Of a stretch of 64,000 nucleotides of DNA, positions 63,777 through 64,000 are shown piece by piece. The DNA comes from Eledone cirrhosa (taxonomy: Eukaryota). Both the position numbers and the translations under genes were made by a program. The stretch's first letter is position 1, and every line of letters begins with the position of its first letter. The stretch covers positions 167,090,001 through 167,154,000 of the forward strand of contig OZ024743.1 in the NCBI GenBank assembly GCA_964016885.1. Reading direction: 5' to 3'. A model generated the notes under the pieces. That model saw nothing but the letters and a program-made list of their open reading frames with translations, searched no databases and was not told where the DNA came from.

Positions 63777-64000
63777 GCACATATGGGTACATGTATGTGT
63801 ATGTATGTTTATATGTGCATGTGTGTGTATGTGTACATGTATGTGTATGCATGTATGTGCATATATGTGTGTATGTATATGTAAGTATATATGTGTGTGT
63901 GTGTAAATATATGGGTATGTAGGGAGGTAAATATGTGAGTTAGTATGAGGCCTCCTTCACCTCCCCTCCCAAACCAACAGCATACATCTCTCAACAAAAA

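Noticed and set aside
50761-64000. Next calpain exon (expected FLMGAS... and the catalytic His)
   Set aside because: I could not find it by eye. The region is almost entirely repeats, so it presumably lies beyond the window.

Overview
AT-rich, repeat-dominated animal genomic DNA. The mix of RTE LINEs with (GAT)n tails, tRNA-derived SINEs, Penelope-like elements and long (TA)n arrays resembles a mollusc, probably cephalopod, genome (inference only). One host gene is present: the 5' part of a + strand, intron-containing SOL/calpain-15-type protease gene. Six GT-AG exons between 28250 and 50760 join in phase into about 441 codons: six RanBP2-type zinc fingers, then a calpain CysPc domain with catalytic QGKIGDCW. 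The rest of the gene lies beyond the window. Everything else is nested transposon material: about 11 copies or fragments of related RTE subfamilies (the longer ones carry a PHD-like finger inside the RT, and one is a single base short of intact), two R4/Dong-type RLE LINEs, five Penelope-like relics, Tigger/pogo, mariner and hAT elements, MITEs, a Helitron-like family, SINEs and a 36-bp minisatellite. Signals not visible in the ORF track include several minimal type-I hammerhead ribozyme motifs (one eroded almost entirely by CpG-type transitions), inverted pseudo-LTR architectures, a Helitron-end foldback palindrome, and a near-perfect 163-bp inverted templated insertion inside a mariner.
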